The notes: generated from the letters alone by a model not told the origin. 64,000 nucleotides of DNA from Candidatus Lambdaproteobacteria bacterium RIFOXYD2_FULL_56_26 (GCA_001783715.1 MFNF01000061.1:6722-70721); one strand, 5' to 3'; counted from the stretch's first letter, positions 9,964 through 21,254 are shown. Numbers and translations: made by a program.

Positions 9964-10299
9964 ATGAGCTTTGAAGTCAACGGCAAGACCATCGAGACCG
10001 ATGAGGACGGATATTTAAAAGATGTGACCCAGTGGTCGAAAGAAGCAGCCGAATATCTGGCCAAGACCGAAGACGTGACCATGACCGACAAGCATTGGGA
10101 AGTGATCAACTTCTTGCGGGATTATTATGGTCAGTACCAAATCGCCCCGATGGTGAAGATTTTGACCAAGGAAATCGCCAGCCTGCACGGGATCGACAAA
10201 AAGGATGCTTCCAAGATGCTGTACGACCTGTTCCCTTCGGGACCGGCCAAGCAGGCCTGCAAGATCGCCGGGCTGCCCAAGCCGACCGGCTGCGTTTAG
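9964..10299 (+). CDS. dsrC: DsrC sulfur-carrier protein
   Basis: IETDEDGYL; HWEVINFLRDYY; C-terminal LFPSGPAKQACKIAGLPKPTGCV with both conserved Cys. Confidence 0.95.
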   Translation: MSFEVNGKTIETDEDGYLKDVTQWSKEAAEYLAKTEDVTMTDKHWEVINFLRDYYGQYQIAPMVKILTKEIASLHGIDKKDASKMLYDLFPSGPAKQACKIAGLPKPTGCV

Positions 10300-10379
10300 G
10301 CCAAAGGGCGAACCCAAGAAAAACCATTTGGGGATTCCGGGACCCCCGGAACCCCCACTGACAAAACCCAGGAGAGAGA

Positions 10380-11585
10380 ATGTCAAACCAAGCGCACAGC
10401 TCAAGCGAAACGCCCTTGTTGGATGAATTGCTCAAAGGTCGGTGGCCCAGTTTCGTCAAAGAGATGAAAGAAATGGCGGACACCAAACCGATGGTCAGGG
10501 ACGTGTTGCGGCAGCTGGAAAAATCATATGTCGATAAAAAGACCCACTGGAAGCATGGCGGTATCGTTGGGGTGAAGGGATACGGTGGGGGCATCATCGG
10601 TCGCTACTCGGACAGCCCCGATGAATTCCCCGGCGCAGCCCACTTTCACACGGTACGGGTCAACCAACCGGCCGGGTGGTTCTATTCCTCTCAAGCATTG
10701 AGAGACCTTTGCGACATCTTTGAGAAATACGGTTCCGGTTTGACCAACATGCATGGTTCCACCGGCGACATCATTCTCCTGGGCACCACCACCGACGAAT
10801 TGGAACCGATCTTCTCGGCGTTGACCGAAAAGGGTTGGGACTTGGGCGGCTCCGGTTCGGCGCTGCGCACCCCCAGCTGCTGCGTTGGGCCTGCTCGTTG
10901 CGAATGGGCGATGTTTGACTGTCTGGACCTGTGCCACGACATCACCCACCATTACCAGGACGAGATTCACCGCCCTGCCTTCCCCTACAAGTTTAAGATC
11001 AAGGTTTCCGGCTGCCCCAACGACTGCGTCTCGGCCATTGCTCGGGCCGACTTTTCGGTGATCGGCACCTGGAAAGACCATATCCAGGTCAACCAAGCGG
11101 CCATGCAAGAGTATGTTGCCAAGGGCCGCAACCCGATCAAGGATGCCGTCCTGCTCTGCCCCACCAAAGCGATTGATTGGGATGGGAAAGAGATCAAGAT
11201 CGACAACGAAAACTGTGTGCGCTGTATGCAGTGCATCAACGCCTACCCCAAGGCCCTCAAACCGGGCAAGGAACGTGGGGCCACGATTTTGATTGGGGCC
11301 AAGGCTCCGATCGTCCAAGGGGCACTGTTCAGCTCGGTGCTGGTTCCCTTCATGGAACTGGAAAAACCCTATGACGACCTCAAGGAACTGCTCGAAAAAC
11401 TTTGGGACGTTTGGGACGACCACGGAGAAAACAAAGAGCGGATCGGCGAATTGGTGGAGCGGATGGGCAAAGGGGAGTTCCTTGAGCGCATCGGGATCAA
11501 GCCGGACATCCAGATGGTCATCCATCCCCGGGAGAATCCTTACGTCTTTTACGACGAGTACTACGAAGAAGTGGACGAAAAATAA
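10380..11585 (+). CDS. dsrA: Dissimilatory sulfite reductase alpha subunit
   Basis: [39 protein letters not shown] and GCPNDC siroheme/Fe-S motifs; CVRCMQC. Confidence 0.97.
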   Translation: MSNQAHSSSETPLLDELLKGRWPSFVKEMKEMADTKPMVRDVLRQLEKSYVDKKTHWKHGGIVGVKGYGGGIIGRYSDSPDEFPGAAHFHTVRVNQPAGWFYSSQALRDLCDIFEKYGSGLTNMHGSTGDIILLGTTTDELEPIFSALTEKGWDLGGSGSALRTPSCCVGPARCEWAMFDCLDLCHDITHHYQDEIHRPAFPYKFKIKVSGCPNDCVSAIARADFSVIGTWKDHIQVNQAAMQEYVAKGRNPIKDAVLLCPTKAIDWDGKEIKIDNENCVRCMQCINAYPKALKPGKERGATILIGAKAPIVQGALFSSVLVPFMELEKPYDDLKELLEKLWDVWDDHGENKERIGELVERMGKGEFLERIGIKPDIQMVIHPRENPYVFYDEYYEEVDEK

Positions 11586-11653
11586 ACCCTTTGGACGGAC
11601 TCGCCCAAAAGCAACTTGCATTGGACTAACCCCTTTTGCTTTAAGGAACCTAC

Positions 11654-12724
11654 ATGAACGTCAGAAAAACAGATATCGGATGTCCCGATTACAAACAGTT
11701 CCTGCCGCCGATGATTCTCAAGAATTACGGCCAATGGGATTGGCATGAAGTGATCAAGCCCGGCGTATTTGTCCATCAGGCCGAATCCGGCGACCGGCTT
11801 TACACCGTCAGGGTAGGCAGCCCCCGGCTTTTGAACGTCAAGTCGCTGCGGTTTTTTACCGATGTGGCCGACAAGTACTGCGACGGCTTTTTGCGGTTTA
11901 CCAGCCGGAGCAACGTGGAATTCATGACCCCGGTGTTCGAGAACATCGACCCGATGATCGCCATGCTGCAAAGCGAAGGCTGGCCGGTCGGCGGTACCGC
12001 CAACTCGGCCTCCAACGTGATCCATACCCAAGGCTGGGTCCATTGCCACACCAGTGCTACCGATGCTTCGGGGCTGGTCAAATGTGTGATGGACGACCTT
12101 TATGACGACTTCACCAACCACAGCCTGCCCGGTCGGATGAAGTTGGCGGTCGCCTGTTGCCTCAACATGTGCGGGGCGGTTCACGCTTCGGACATTGCGA
12201 TTTTGGGCATCCACCGCCGTCCGCCGAAAGTGGACCCCCACAATCTGGCCAACTACTGCGAGGTGCCGACTACCATCGCTGCTTGTCCGACCGGCGCTAT
12301 CCGGGCCGACATTTTGGATGGCCAAAAAACCTTGAAAATCAACGAGTCCCAGTGTATGTACTGCGGCGCTTGTTACACCGCCTGCCCCAAGCTGCCCATC
12401 GCCGACTCGGTCAACGATGGTCTTTCCATTTGGGTTGGCGGCAAGTGCGCCAACGCCCGTTCTACCCCTCGGTTTACCAAAATGGTGGTGCCCTTTATCC
12501 CCAACAACCCACCTCGGTGGCCTGAAGTGGTTGAAGCGGTGCGGACCATCGTGGATGTGTACAAGGCCCATGGGAAACCTTGGGAGCGGTTGGCCGATAT
12601 GATCGACCGGATCGGTTGGGCGAGGTTCTTCAAACTCACCGGGTTTGAGTTCACCAAGTACCACATCGACGATTACAAGTTGGCGACCAAGTCGTACAAC
12701 GCTTCCACTCACCTGCGTTTCTAA
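11654..12724 (+). CDS. dsrB: Dissimilatory sulfite reductase beta subunit
   Basis: [47 protein letters not shown]. Confidence 0.97.
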   Translation: MNVRKTDIGCPDYKQFLPPMILKNYGQWDWHEVIKPGVFVHQAESGDRLYTVRVGSPRLLNVKSLRFFTDVADKYCDGFLRFTSRSNVEFMTPVFENIDPMIAMLQSEGWPVGGTANSASNVIHTQGWVHCHTSATDASGLVKCVMDDLYDDFTNHSLPGRMKLAVACCLNMCGAVHASDIAILGIHRRPPKVDPHNLANYCEVPTTIAACPTGAIRADILDGQKTLKINESQCMYCGACYTACPKLPIADSVNDGLSIWVGGKCANARSTPRFTKMVVPFIPNNPPRWPEVVEAVRTIVDVYKAHGKPWERLADMIDRIGWARFFKLTGFEFTKYHIDDYKLATKSYNASTHLRF

Positions 12725-12734
12725 AGGAGACCTT

Positions 12735-12983
12735 ATGGCAGTAGATACCCAAACCATTGCCGATGCCATGTTGGCAATGGTTACCGAAGCAGCCGGCGTG
12801 AAGCGCTACAAGCCCGGCGACTTGAGCAAAGCCATGGTGGCCAAATTTGCCGATGACGGTGTCAGCAAGGACGATTGCAAAGACGCAATCCGGGTCTTGG
12901 TGGACAGCGAGAAGTTGGTTTACACCTACTTCAACGGTACCTGGCTGGAAATTCCCCACCAGGAAGGTTCCGCAAAAGGGTAA
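12735..12983 (+). CDS. dsrD: DsrD
   Basis: 82 aa directly after dsrB with AGGAG RBS; winged-helix-like K..IRVLVDSEKLVYTYF pattern. Confidence 0.8.
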   Translation: MAVDTQTIADAMLAMVTEAAGVKRYKPGDLSKAMVAKFADDGVSKDDCKDAIRVLVDSEKLVYTYFNGTWLEIPHQEGSAKG

Positions 12984-13089
12984 GGCTCCAGGGCCTCCCG
13001 TTTGTTTTTCCTCCCCCGGCTCTGGGACCTGTGCCCAGAGTAGGGGAGGCCATACCTCCATCCATGTCCACCTTTACCCAGAGGTTCAG

Positions 13090-13458
13090 ATGTTTGTGAT
13101 TTCCCAAAAGGCGGCAGAAAAGTTTCTGGAGTCCATGGAACAGATCGGCGAGACCGGCTTGTTTTTGCGGGTTGCCGCCCGCAAGCACCCCGACCAGGGG
13201 ATTGCCTACAACATGGGCTTTGACCACGCCACCCCTGAGGACAAGCAGTTTGAAATGGCGGGCCTTAAGGTCTGCTATGATGAAGAAACAGAGCCGAACA
13301 TCAAGGACATGGTGATCGACTTTGGGGAGCATGACGGCATCGAGCAGTTTATCTTTATGAATCCCCAAGACGCTCCCGCCAACGACCCCAGCAGTTGCGG
13401 AACCACCAAGGGTTCGGGCAGTTGCGGTTCGGGCAAGGGCACCTGCACCTGCGGTTAG
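13090..13458 (+). CDS. dsrR: DsrR-like IscA/HesB-family protein
   Basis: A-type carrier pattern (ISQKAAE, LRVAA, YNMGFD, FIFMNP) without the N-terminal GCSG Cys; Cys-rich tail. Confidence 0.75.
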   Translation: MFVISQKAAEKFLESMEQIGETGLFLRVAARKHPDQGIAYNMGFDHATPEDKQFEMAGLKVCYDEETEPNIKDMVIDFGEHDGIEQFIFMNPQDAPANDPSSCGTTKGSGSCGSGKGTCTCG

Positions 13459-13464
13459 GCGGTG

Positions 13465-13980
13465 ATGGATCTGGAAACATTGCTCAGGGAACAGCAGGAT
13501 TCCATCTTGGAAGCTTGGCTGAATGCGGTTTTTGAGCTGTACCCGGTTGAGGCTTGGCGGTTTTTAAAATCCTCCCGAGACTTTTACCAAAACCCCTTGG
13601 GCCACACCCTGGCCTCGGGGCTGAGGGGGCTTTATGCTGAGCTTTTGGAAGGGACCGATGCCAACAAATTGGCCCCTTTGCTCGACCAAGTGATCCGGGT
13701 GTTGGCGGTGCAGGAACTGTTGCCCAGCCAAGCGCTCAATTTTTTGTTTTACTTGAAACGGATCGTTCGGACCCAGGCGGAGAAACAAGGTCTCTCCCCC
13801 CAAGACCCCGAACTTTTGGGCTTTGACAACGTAGTGGACCAACTGTTGCGGCTTTCTTTCGACATTTACGTCAAATGTCGTGAAAGGATCTTTCAACTCA
13901 AGGTGGAAGAGCAGACCCTCCAGACCGAAAAACTGATCCAATTGGCCAACAGCGGCTTTGGGGCGCTTAGAAAACTTTAA
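13465..13980 (+). CDS. dsrT: DsrT (RsbRD N-terminal-like)
   Basis: NPLGHT; IRVLAVQELLPSQALNFLFYLK; FDIYVKCRERIF; immediately upstream of dsrM. Confidence 0.88.
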   Translation: MDLETLLREQQDSILEAWLNAVFELYPVEAWRFLKSSRDFYQNPLGHTLASGLRGLYAELLEGTDANKLAPLLDQVIRVLAVQELLPSQALNFLFYLKRIVRTQAEKQGLSPQDPELLGFDNVVDQLLRLSFDIYVKCRERIFQLKVEEQTLQTEKLIQLANSGFGALRKL

Positions 13981-13993
13981 TCAGGTAACGACC

Positions 13994-14998
13994 GTGAGAA
14001 TCCTTCTTCCCTTTGTCACCACCTTGGTTTTGGGTGCCGCCGCCTATTTTTTCGCCCAGGCGGGGGCCCAGTGGTTTTTGGGGGTCCTGCTGCCCTACTT
14101 GGCCTTTGTGGTGTTTGTGGTGGGCTTTTCGGCCAAGATCCTCTCCTGGGCTAAAGTGCCGGTTCCCTTCCGCATCCAGACCACCTGCGGGCAAGCGAAG
14201 TCCTTGGACTGGATCAAGGCCAACGAACTGGAATCCCCTCACACCAAATTGGGGGTAGTGGTACGGATGGCTTTGGAAGTATTGGTGTTCCGCAGCCTTT
14301 TTCGCAACACCTGGACCACCTTAAAAAGAGACGAGAAAAACGGCCCCCGGCTGGTCCACGAGTCGGACAAAAGCCTTTGGCTGTTTGGGCTTTTGTTCCA
14401 CTGGTCCTTTTTGCTGATCTTTGTGCGGCACTACCGGTTTTTCCTGGAGCCGGTGCCCTTTTTTGTCCCGATTTTGGAAAGGTTTGACGGGCTGTTCCAG
14501 ATCACCTTGCCCACCTTTTACCTGACCGATCTTTTGATCCTACTGGGGATCACCGCCCTCTTTTTGCGCCGGTTGGTGGACCCGAAGGTCAAGGCCATTT
14601 CTCTGCCTGCCGACTTCTTCCCGCTCTTTTTGATCGGGGCGATTGCCTGCACCGGCATTGCCATGCGCTATGTCCACAAAGTGGACATCACCAAGGTCAA
14701 GGCCCACATCCAGGGGCTGATGGCCTTTAACCCCGGAGCGACGGACCTTGAGATCGGGGCGATCTTTTACGCCCACCTCGCCTTGGTGAGTGTGTTGGCC
14801 ATGTACTTTCCCTTTTCCAAGTTGATGCACATGGGCGGGGTCTTTTTTAGCCCGACCCGGAACCAGACCAATGACTCCAGGGAAGTCCGGCACCTCAACC
14901 CCTGGAACCCGAAGATGAAGATTCGCACCTATGCCGAGTATGAAGACGAGTTCCGCACCAAAATGAAGTCGGCGGGTCTGCCTTTGGACCAAGAATAG
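13994..14998 (+). CDS. dsrM: DsrM membrane cytochrome b
   Basis: PVPFRIQTTCGQAKSL; FRSLFRN; FHW; YFPFSKLMHMGGVFFSPTRN; GTG start assumed. Confidence 0.93.
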   Translation: MRILLPFVTTLVLGAAAYFFAQAGAQWFLGVLLPYLAFVVFVVGFSAKILSWAKVPVPFRIQTTCGQAKSLDWIKANELESPHTKLGVVVRMALEVLVFRSLFRNTWTTLKRDEKNGPRLVHESDKSLWLFGLLFHWSFLLIFVRHYRFFLEPVPFFVPILERFDGLFQITLPTFYLTDLLILLGITALFLRRLVDPKVKAISLPADFFPLFLIGAIACTGIAMRYVHKVDITKVKAHIQGLMAFNPGATDLEIGAIFYAHLALVSVLAMYFPFSKLMHMGGVFFSPTRNQTNDSREVRHLNPWNPKMKIRTYAEYEDEFRTKMKSAGLPLDQE

Positions 14999-15027
14999 GT
15001 TATCCCTAGCCCAATCAGGATAAGGTT

Positions 15028-16704
15028 ATGTCGAAATATGTACCGAAAATGGCCGAAATGGCCGCCTTGATGAACGGGCAACAAAGCCTGCTCACCGGCA
15101 AAGCTCCCGCCAGCGGCTGGCTGGAGACCCCACCGGAATTCCGGCCCGGCAACTACTGCTACAGTGCCAAGCCCGAAGCGCTCAACGGGTTGGGCCTGCC
15201 CCACCCCCGAGAGTGGGACCCCGCCGAGGCGGACTGGAAGCTGCCCGAGAACTGGATGCAGCTCATGCGAGACGGCATGAAGGCTCGGCTGGAGAAGAAC
15301 CGGGCCTTTAAATTGTTCATGGATGTTTGCGTCCGCTGCGGTGCCTGTGCCGACAAGTGCCACTTCTTTTTGGGCACCGGGGACCCCAAGAACATGCCGG
15401 TCATGCGGGCCGAACTGATGCGCTCGATCTACCGGGGGGAGTTCACCACCGCCGGGAAGATCTTGGGCAAACTGGGCGGAGCCCGGAAGTTCACCGAAGA
15501 CGCAGTCAAAGAATGGTACATGTATTATTACCAATGTACCGAATGCCGCCGCTGCTCGGTCTTCTGCCCCTACGGGATCGACACCGCCGAAATCACCATG
15601 ATGGCTAGGGAGATGTTGCACCTGATCGGGGTCAACATCAACTGGATCCTCAAACCCGCTTCGGACTGCAACCGCACCGGGAACCACCTGGGGCTGGAGC
15701 CCCACGCCTTTGTCTCTTCGGTCAACAGCATCTGTGAGGACCTCGAAGATGTCACCGGCATCGCCATTGAACCCAGCTTCAACCGCAAGGGGGCAGAGGT
15801 GTTGTTCATCACCCCTTCCGCCGATGCTTTTGCCGTGCCGGGCATGTACACCATGATGGGTTACCTGCTCTTGTTTGAACACATCGGCTTGGACTACACC
15901 ATCAGCACCTATGCCTCCGAAGGGGGCAACTTTGGGCTTTTTTCCTCCAACGAGATCATGAAAAAGCTCAACGCCAAGATGTACCACGAGGCGGAGCGGC
16001 TCAAGGTCAAGTGGATCTTGGGCGGAGAGTGCGGCCACATGTGGCGGGTGGTTCACCAGTACATGGGCACCATGAACGGCCCGGCGGACTTCCTAGAGGT
16101 CCCCAAGAGCCCGATCACCGGCACGGTCTTTCACAACGCCAAGGCCACCAAAATGGTGCACATCGCCGAGTTCACCGCCGACCTGATCCGGCACAAAAAA
16201 CTGAAGCTCGACCCCTCTCGGAACAACCACCGGAACGTCACCTTCCATGACTCCTGCAACACCAGCCGGGGCATGGGGATGATCGAAGAGCCCAGGTACA
16301 TCTTAAACGCTGTGACCAACAACTTCCATGAAATGGACGAAAACTGCATCAAGGAGAAGACCTTCTGCTGCGGTTCCGGCTCGGGGCTCAACACCGAGGA
16401 ATACATGGACATTCGGATGCGAGGCGGTTTCCCCCGTGCTTCGGCGGTCAAGGAAGTCAAAGAGAAAAAAGGGGTCAACATGTTGACCGCCATTTGTGCC
16501 ATCGACCGGGTAGCACTGACCGCCAGCATGAACTACTGGGTCCCTGGAGTCGGGGTTTCGGGTTTGCACGAGCTGGTGGGCAACGCTTTGGTGATGGAAG
16601 GCGAAAAGAGCCGAACCGAAGACTTGCGAGAGGAAGACATGGATGTTGAAGTGAAGGGAGCAGACGCACAAGCAGCCGAGAAGGAGGAGGAAAAAGATGT
16701 ATAA
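15028..16704 (+). CDS. dsrK: DsrK Fe-S/CCG protein
   Basis: CVRCGACADKC; CTECRRCSVFCP; GECGHMWR; HDSCN; CCGSGSG. Confidence 0.95.
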   Translation: MSKYVPKMAEMAALMNGQQSLLTGKAPASGWLETPPEFRPGNYCYSAKPEALNGLGLPHPREWDPAEADWKLPENWMQLMRDGMKARLEKNRAFKLFMDVCVRCGACADKCHFFLGTGDPKNMPVMRAELMRSIYRGEFTTAGKILGKLGGARKFTEDAVKEWYMYYYQCTECRRCSVFCPYGIDTAEITMMAREMLHLIGVNINWILKPASDCNRTGNHLGLEPHAFVSSVNSICEDLEDVTGIAIEPSFNRKGAEVLFITPSADAFAVPGMYTMMGYLLLFEHIGLDYTISTYASEGGNFGLFSSNEIMKKLNAKMYHEAERLKVKWILGGECGHMWRVVHQYMGTMNGPADFLEVPKSPITGTVFHNAKATKMVHIAEFTADLIRHKKLKLDPSRNNHRNVTFHDSCNTSRGMGMIEEPRYILNAVTNNFHEMDENCIKEKTFCCGSGSGLNTEEYMDIRMRGGFPRASAVKEVKEKKGVNMLTAICAIDRVALTASMNYWVPGVGVSGLHELVGNALVMEGEKSRTEDLREEDMDVEVKGADAQAAEKEEEKDV

Positions 16705-17074
16705 CGCCAAGATCATTCTTCCGGTCCTGCTGGTTTTTTTAGGTTTGTTGACCTACCCGCTGTGGTCCCAAAAAGCCTCGGCCCCTCCGGTCCTGGCTAC
16801 CCCGCTCAAAGGGGAGCATTGTATTGAATCCAAGGATTGGATGCGGGCCAACCACATGCAGCTGTTGGAACAGTGGCGGCATTCGGTGGTCCGGGACCAA
16901 AACCGGGACCATGTCGCTACCGATGGCCAGCATTACAACAAAAGTCTGAGTAACACCTGCCTGGACTGCCACCAAAAAGAACAGTTTTGCGACAGTTGCC
17001 ATACCTACGCCAGCGTCCACCCCTACTGCTGGGAATGCCATTTTGACCCCAAGGAGGTGAACCATGTCCATTGA
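16697..17074 (+). CDS. dsrJ: DsrJ triheme cytochrome c
   Basis: Three CxxCH motifs (CLDCH, CDSCH, CWECH); MRANHMQLL. Confidence 0.95.
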   Translation: MYNAKIILPVLLVFLGLLTYPLWSQKASAPPVLATPLKGEHCIESKDWMRANHMQLLEQWRHSVVRDQNRDHVATDGQHYNKSLSNTCLDCHQKEQFCDSCHTYASVHPYCWECHFDPKEVNHVH

Positions 17075-17843
17075 CCGGAGAGATTTTTTGAAGAAACTGG
17101 GCTTGGGCTCCATGGTGAGCCTGGGCGGTTTCGGGTTTTTGAAAAAAATGGGTGGCCCGGAAGAGGCGATTGCTTCGGGGGCGACCTTGGAAACCGCCGA
17201 CCCCAACAAAGTACGTTGGGGCATGGTGATCGAAATGGGCAAGTGCCAGGAAGGTTGCACCGACTGCATCTCGGTCTGCCACCTGACCCACAACGTACCC
17301 GACCATGGGAACAAAAAAGACGAGATCAAGTGGATCTGGAAAACCGGCTACAAGCACCTCTTTACCAATGAGGCGCACCAGTACGCCCAGGATGGTTTGC
17401 CGGACAAGCCCTTTTTGACCTTGTGCAACCACTGCGACAACCCCCCTTGCACCCGGGTGTGCCCCACCGAAGCGACCTTCGCTCGGCCCGATGGGATTGT
17501 GCAGATGGACTTCCACCGCTGCATCGGCTGTAGGTTTTGTATGGCCGGCTGCCCTTACGGTTCCAGGAGCTTCAACTGGCGGGACCCCAGACCGAACCTC
17601 AAGGAAATCAACCCCAATTTCCCGACCCGAGAGCGTGGAGTGGTGGAGAAGTGTAATTTCTGTACCGAACGGATCGACAAGGGAGAACGTCCCGCTTGTG
17701 TCGAGGCCTGCAAGGAAGGGGTACTGACCTTCGGTAACCTCAACGACCCCAATTCGGAGATCCGGCAACTGCTGGCCGAAAAACGTACCAACCAACGAAA
17801 ACCCGAGTTGGGCACCAAGCCCTCGGTGTTTTACATCGTCTGA
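17064..17843 (+). CDS. dsrO: DsrO Tat-exported Fe-S protein
   Basis: RRDFLK Tat motif; [30 protein letters not shown]. Confidence 0.95.
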   Translation: MSIDRRDFLKKLGLGSMVSLGGFGFLKKMGGPEEAIASGATLETADPNKVRWGMVIEMGKCQEGCTDCISVCHLTHNVPDHGNKKDEIKWIWKTGYKHLFTNEAHQYAQDGLPDKPFLTLCNHCDNPPCTRVCPTEATFARPDGIVQMDFHRCIGCRFCMAGCPYGSRSFNWRDPRPNLKEINPNFPTRERGVVEKCNFCTERIDKGERPACVEACKEGVLTFGNLNDPNSEIRQLLAEKRTNQRKPELGTKPSVFYIV

Positions 17844-17857
17844 GCCGGGAGAACGAA

Positions 17858-19009
17858 ATGATTGAAAAGGCATTGACCGGAAACCGGAGCTACTTTGGCT
17901 GGCTGGCTCTGTTGGCCCTGGTGGCGGCCAACGGGGTTTATTTTTACGGGCAGCAGTTGACCTACGGTCTGGGGATCACCGGGATGAGCCGGGACATCTC
18001 CTGGGGGGTTTACATCGCCCAATTCACCTTCATGGTCGGCGTGGCCGCCAGTGCGGTGATGTTGGTTCTGCCCTACTACATCCACAACTACAAAGCCTTC
18101 GGGAAGATTGTGGTGTTGGGGGAGTTTTTGGCGGTGGCGGCGGTCTCCATGTGCATGATGTTTATCATGGTGGACATGGGCAAGCCGATGCGGTTCCTCA
18201 ACGTCATGCTTTACCCCTCACCCCACTCGATCCTCTTTTGGGATGCGACGGTGCTCAACGTTTACCTGTTCCTCAACCTGCTTTGCGGTTGGGTGGCCTT
18301 GGAGTCGGAAAAAAAGGGCACTCCCCCGCCCAAGTGGCTCAAGCCCTTTATCTACCTGTCCATCCCTTGGGCCTTTTCGATCCACACGGTGACCGCCTTT
18401 TTGTACGCCGGTTTGCCCGGAAGGCACCTGTGGCTGACCGCCATCATGGCCCCTCGCTTTTTGGCCTCCGCCTTTGCCGCCGGTCCGGCTTTGTTGATCC
18501 TCCTAGCCTTGCTGCTGCGCCGGGTGGCCAAGTTTGATGCCGGGGACGAAGCGATCCAAAAGCTGGCCACCATCGTCACTTACGGGGTGATCGCCAACTT
18601 CTTTTTTATTGGCTTGGAGTTTTTTACCGCTTACTATTCGGGGATCCCCAGTCACCAACACAACCTGGACTACCTCTTTTTTGTGCTGGAAGGGCACGGC
18701 AACTTGGTACCCTTCTTGTGGACCTCGGTAGTTTTGGGTTTTGCCGGGATGGGCGGACTGTTGTGGCCGGGGTTGCGGAAAAACGAAAGGATTTTGGGCC
18801 TGATTTGCGGGGCGATCTTCATTTCCCTGTGGATCGACAAAGGGATCGGGTTGGTGATCGGTGGTTTTATCCCCAACCCCTTGGAAGAGATCACCGAATA
18901 CTACATCACCTGGCCCGAGTTTTCCATCACCTTGGGGATCTGGGCGATTGGGGCGATGATCTTGACCTTGCTGTACAAAATCGCCCTTTCGGTGAAAAAG
19001 GCCCAATAG
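17858..19009 (+). CDS. dsrP: DsrP NrfD-family membrane protein
   Basis: [26 protein letters not shown]; about 10 TM segments. Confidence 0.95.
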   Translation: MIEKALTGNRSYFGWLALLALVAANGVYFYGQQLTYGLGITGMSRDISWGVYIAQFTFMVGVAASAVMLVLPYYIHNYKAFGKIVVLGEFLAVAAVSMCMMFIMVDMGKPMRFLNVMLYPSPHSILFWDATVLNVYLFLNLLCGWVALESEKKGTPPPKWLKPFIYLSIPWAFSIHTVTAFLYAGLPGRHLWLTAIMAPRFLASAFAAGPALLILLALLLRRVAKFDAGDEAIQKLATIVTYGVIANFFFIGLEFFTAYYSGIPSHQHNLDYLFFVLEGHGNLVPFLWTSVVLGFAGMGGLLWPGLRKNERILGLICGAIFISLWIDKGIGLVIGGFIPNPLEEITEYYITWPEFSITLGIWAIGAMILTLLYKIALSVKKAQ

Positions 19010-19016
19010 GACAACC

Positions 19017-19409
19017 ATGGAATTTGAACGGCAAGAGATTGAACTGGCCTTGACCTATGTCGAGTTTGTGGACATCACCGCTTCCCTGGACCAAGAAGGC
19101 TCGGTGGTGTTTACCCGCAGCCCCTTGCCCGAAGGGATCGGCCCCGAAATGGCCGAGGAGATCAATTTTGTGGTGGATTATTACCAACGGATGATCTTCA
19201 ACGGCGACCTGGACCCGGAAGAGGAAGACCCCACCCTGCCCGTCTTTGAAGACCCGCTGGGTGAGATCAACTTCAAGCTCAAACGGTACCAGTCCGAACT
19301 GGCTTTGGAGCTAAAAAAATCCCTGGGTGTTGCCGACCACCGGAACATCAACCCCTATGCCAGGGTAATGTTACAGTACGCCGCCGAGGTCCAGAAAAAA
19401 AAATCCTGA
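19017..19409 (+). CDS. Acidic hypothetical protein closing the dsr operon
   Basis: 7-nt gap after the dsrP stop, AGGA RBS, host-like codon usage. Confidence 0.75.
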   Translation: MEFERQEIELALTYVEFVDITASLDQEGSVVFTRSPLPEGIGPEMAEEINFVVDYYQRMIFNGDLDPEEEDPTLPVFEDPLGEINFKLKRYQSELALELKKSLGVADHRNINPYARVMLQYAAEVQKKKS

Positions 19410-19666
19410 ATTTTTTCATCCCTTTGGTGGCTTATTTCTACGAAGCCTTTTCCCCTCCCCTGGAGCGGGGCCAATCTCTTAGAGTTGAAATTCATGGAAG
19501 TGGGTTGACCACAAGGCCCGGTTCCAAGTACTACTCTACCAATTGCCCCCGTCCGCCTGTTCTTTTGCCTAAAATTTGGTTCTAGATCTAGGCCGCTTGG
19601 GGGGACCCATTTTTTCTCTACCCGTCCAATAAAAACCGATTTATCACCTGTGCCAGAAAGGGAAAC

Positions 19667-21241
19667 ATGTCGATTCGTGCAAAACTGATCCTTTTAACGA
19701 TCACCTCCTTGTTTGGGGTGGTTTGTCTGCCTGCGATCGGCCTTTGGCAAATGGGCAAGGTTTATGAAGAAGCCAACTTTTGTAATGTCAACTCTATCCC
19801 GGCGATCCGGTTCTTGACCGAAGCGACCAACTCCTACATGAGCTATCGCCTGCGGGTCTGGGAGCACATCAACACCAAGGATGAGGGGGAGTTACAGCGA
19901 ACCGTTGCCGAGATGGGAGAGCTGAAAAAACATGTTTATGACTCCTTGGACGGCTACAAAAGCACCATCGTGGACAAAGAGGACCAAGAACTCTTGGAAG
20001 ACGAGATGGCAGCCTTTGGTGCCATCATCACGATGATGGACAAGGTGATGGAGTTGGACCGAGCCGGGAAAGATGAAGAAGCGATAGCCATGCTGCTCAA
20101 AAACCTAGACCAGCTCAAAGAGGTGGCGGCAAAGTTCAAGAAGCACCAGGACTACAACCAAACCCTGGCCAAGCAGCAATCGGAAGAGGCAGCGGCGGCA
20201 AAGCAGTTTGCTACCTATGAAATGTTGGTGATCTCCTTGATCATCGGCGTGATCAGTCTGGTCATTGGTCTGGTGACCTCCAAAACCATCAGTAGCTCGA
20301 TCAGCCGGTTGATGGGCCACATCCTGGCGGTTGAAAAAACCAAGCACTTGAAGGCGGAACCCAAAGTTGAAGGGAAAGACGAGATTGGCCAGATCGGTGC
20401 GGCGTTCAACAACTTTGTGTTGGAAATCAAAAAGGTGATCCAGGAGTTCGCCAAGGGAGCCTCCATCTTGGCCTCCGCCTCCACCGAACTGAGCGCCTCG
20501 ACCGTACAAATCAGCAAGACTGCCGAAGAACTGCGGGACAACGCCGAAAGCTCCGCCGCCGCCGCCCAGGAAACCAGCAGCAACCTGCAGCAGATGTCCG
20601 AAGCGGTCAACCGGATCAACATCCAGATCGGGGAGATCCAAAAGGCCGGGAACCAAGCCACCCAACTGGCCAGCACCGGCACCCAAGCGGTCCACGAAGC
20701 CAGAGACTCCATGACCGCTATCACCGAGTCCTCCAAGAAGATCGTGGGGATCACCCGGGTGATCGAGGAAATCGCCAGCCAAACCAACTTGCTTTCCCTG
20801 AACGCTGCCATTGAAGCCGCCAAGGCCGGGGAGTTCGGCAAAGGGTTTGCGGTGGTCGCCGAAGAGGTGCGTAACTTGGCCGACCGGAGTACCAAGGCAG
20901 TGGCCGAGATCAAGCAGTTGATCGAAAAAAGTGAGCATGATGTCCATGCCGGGAACCAAGTGGTGCTGCGCACCAGCGAGGCCTTGGACCAGATCATCAC
21001 CGCCGTGCAAACCATGGCCCAAGGGATCAACCAAAACGCTAGGGACATCGCCGAGCAGGATGCCAGCACCAAGGAGGCCAGCTTGGCAGTCGAGGACATC
21101 GCCAAAACCTCCGAAGGAAACGCCAGCGCCATCACCCAGTTGGCCGCCACCTCCACCCAGGTCAGCGAAACCGCCAACGACCTCAGCCGCACTGCCGAGT
21201 CGCTCAACGACGAAGTGCAGAAGTTCCGGTTGGACGCTTAA
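19667..21241 (+). CDS. Methyl-accepting chemotaxis protein (4HB sensor, HAMP)
   Basis: Two TM segments; [40 protein letters not shown]. Confidence 0.95.
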   Translation: MSIRAKLILLTITSLFGVVCLPAIGLWQMGKVYEEANFCNVNSIPAIRFLTEATNSYMSYRLRVWEHINTKDEGELQRTVAEMGELKKHVYDSLDGYKSTIVDKEDQELLEDEMAAFGAIITMMDKVMELDRAGKDEEAIAMLLKNLDQLKEVAAKFKKHQDYNQTLAKQQSEEAAAAKQFATYEMLVISLIIGVISLVIGLVTSKTISSSISRLMGHILAVEKTKHLKAEPKVEGKDEIGQIGAAFNNFVLEIKKVIQEFAKGASILASASTELSASTVQISKTAEELRDNAESSAAAAQETSSNLQQMSEAVNRINIQIGEIQKAGNQATQLASTGTQAVHEARDSMTAITESSKKIVGITRVIEEIASQTNLLSLNAAIEAAKAGEFGKGFAVVAEEVRNLADRSTKAVAEIKQLIEKSEHDVHAGNQVVLRTSEALDQIITAVQTMAQGINQNARDIAEQDASTKEASLAVEDIAKTSEGNASAITQLAATSTQVSETANDLSRTAESLNDEVQKFRLDA

Positions 21242-21254
21242 TAGAGCATTTTTT

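Noticed and set aside
19410..19666. c-di-GMP riboswitch upstream of the chemoreceptor (also checked 38990-39210)
   Set aside because: The GEMM core (GGCAAA...GAAA...GACGCAAA) was not found.
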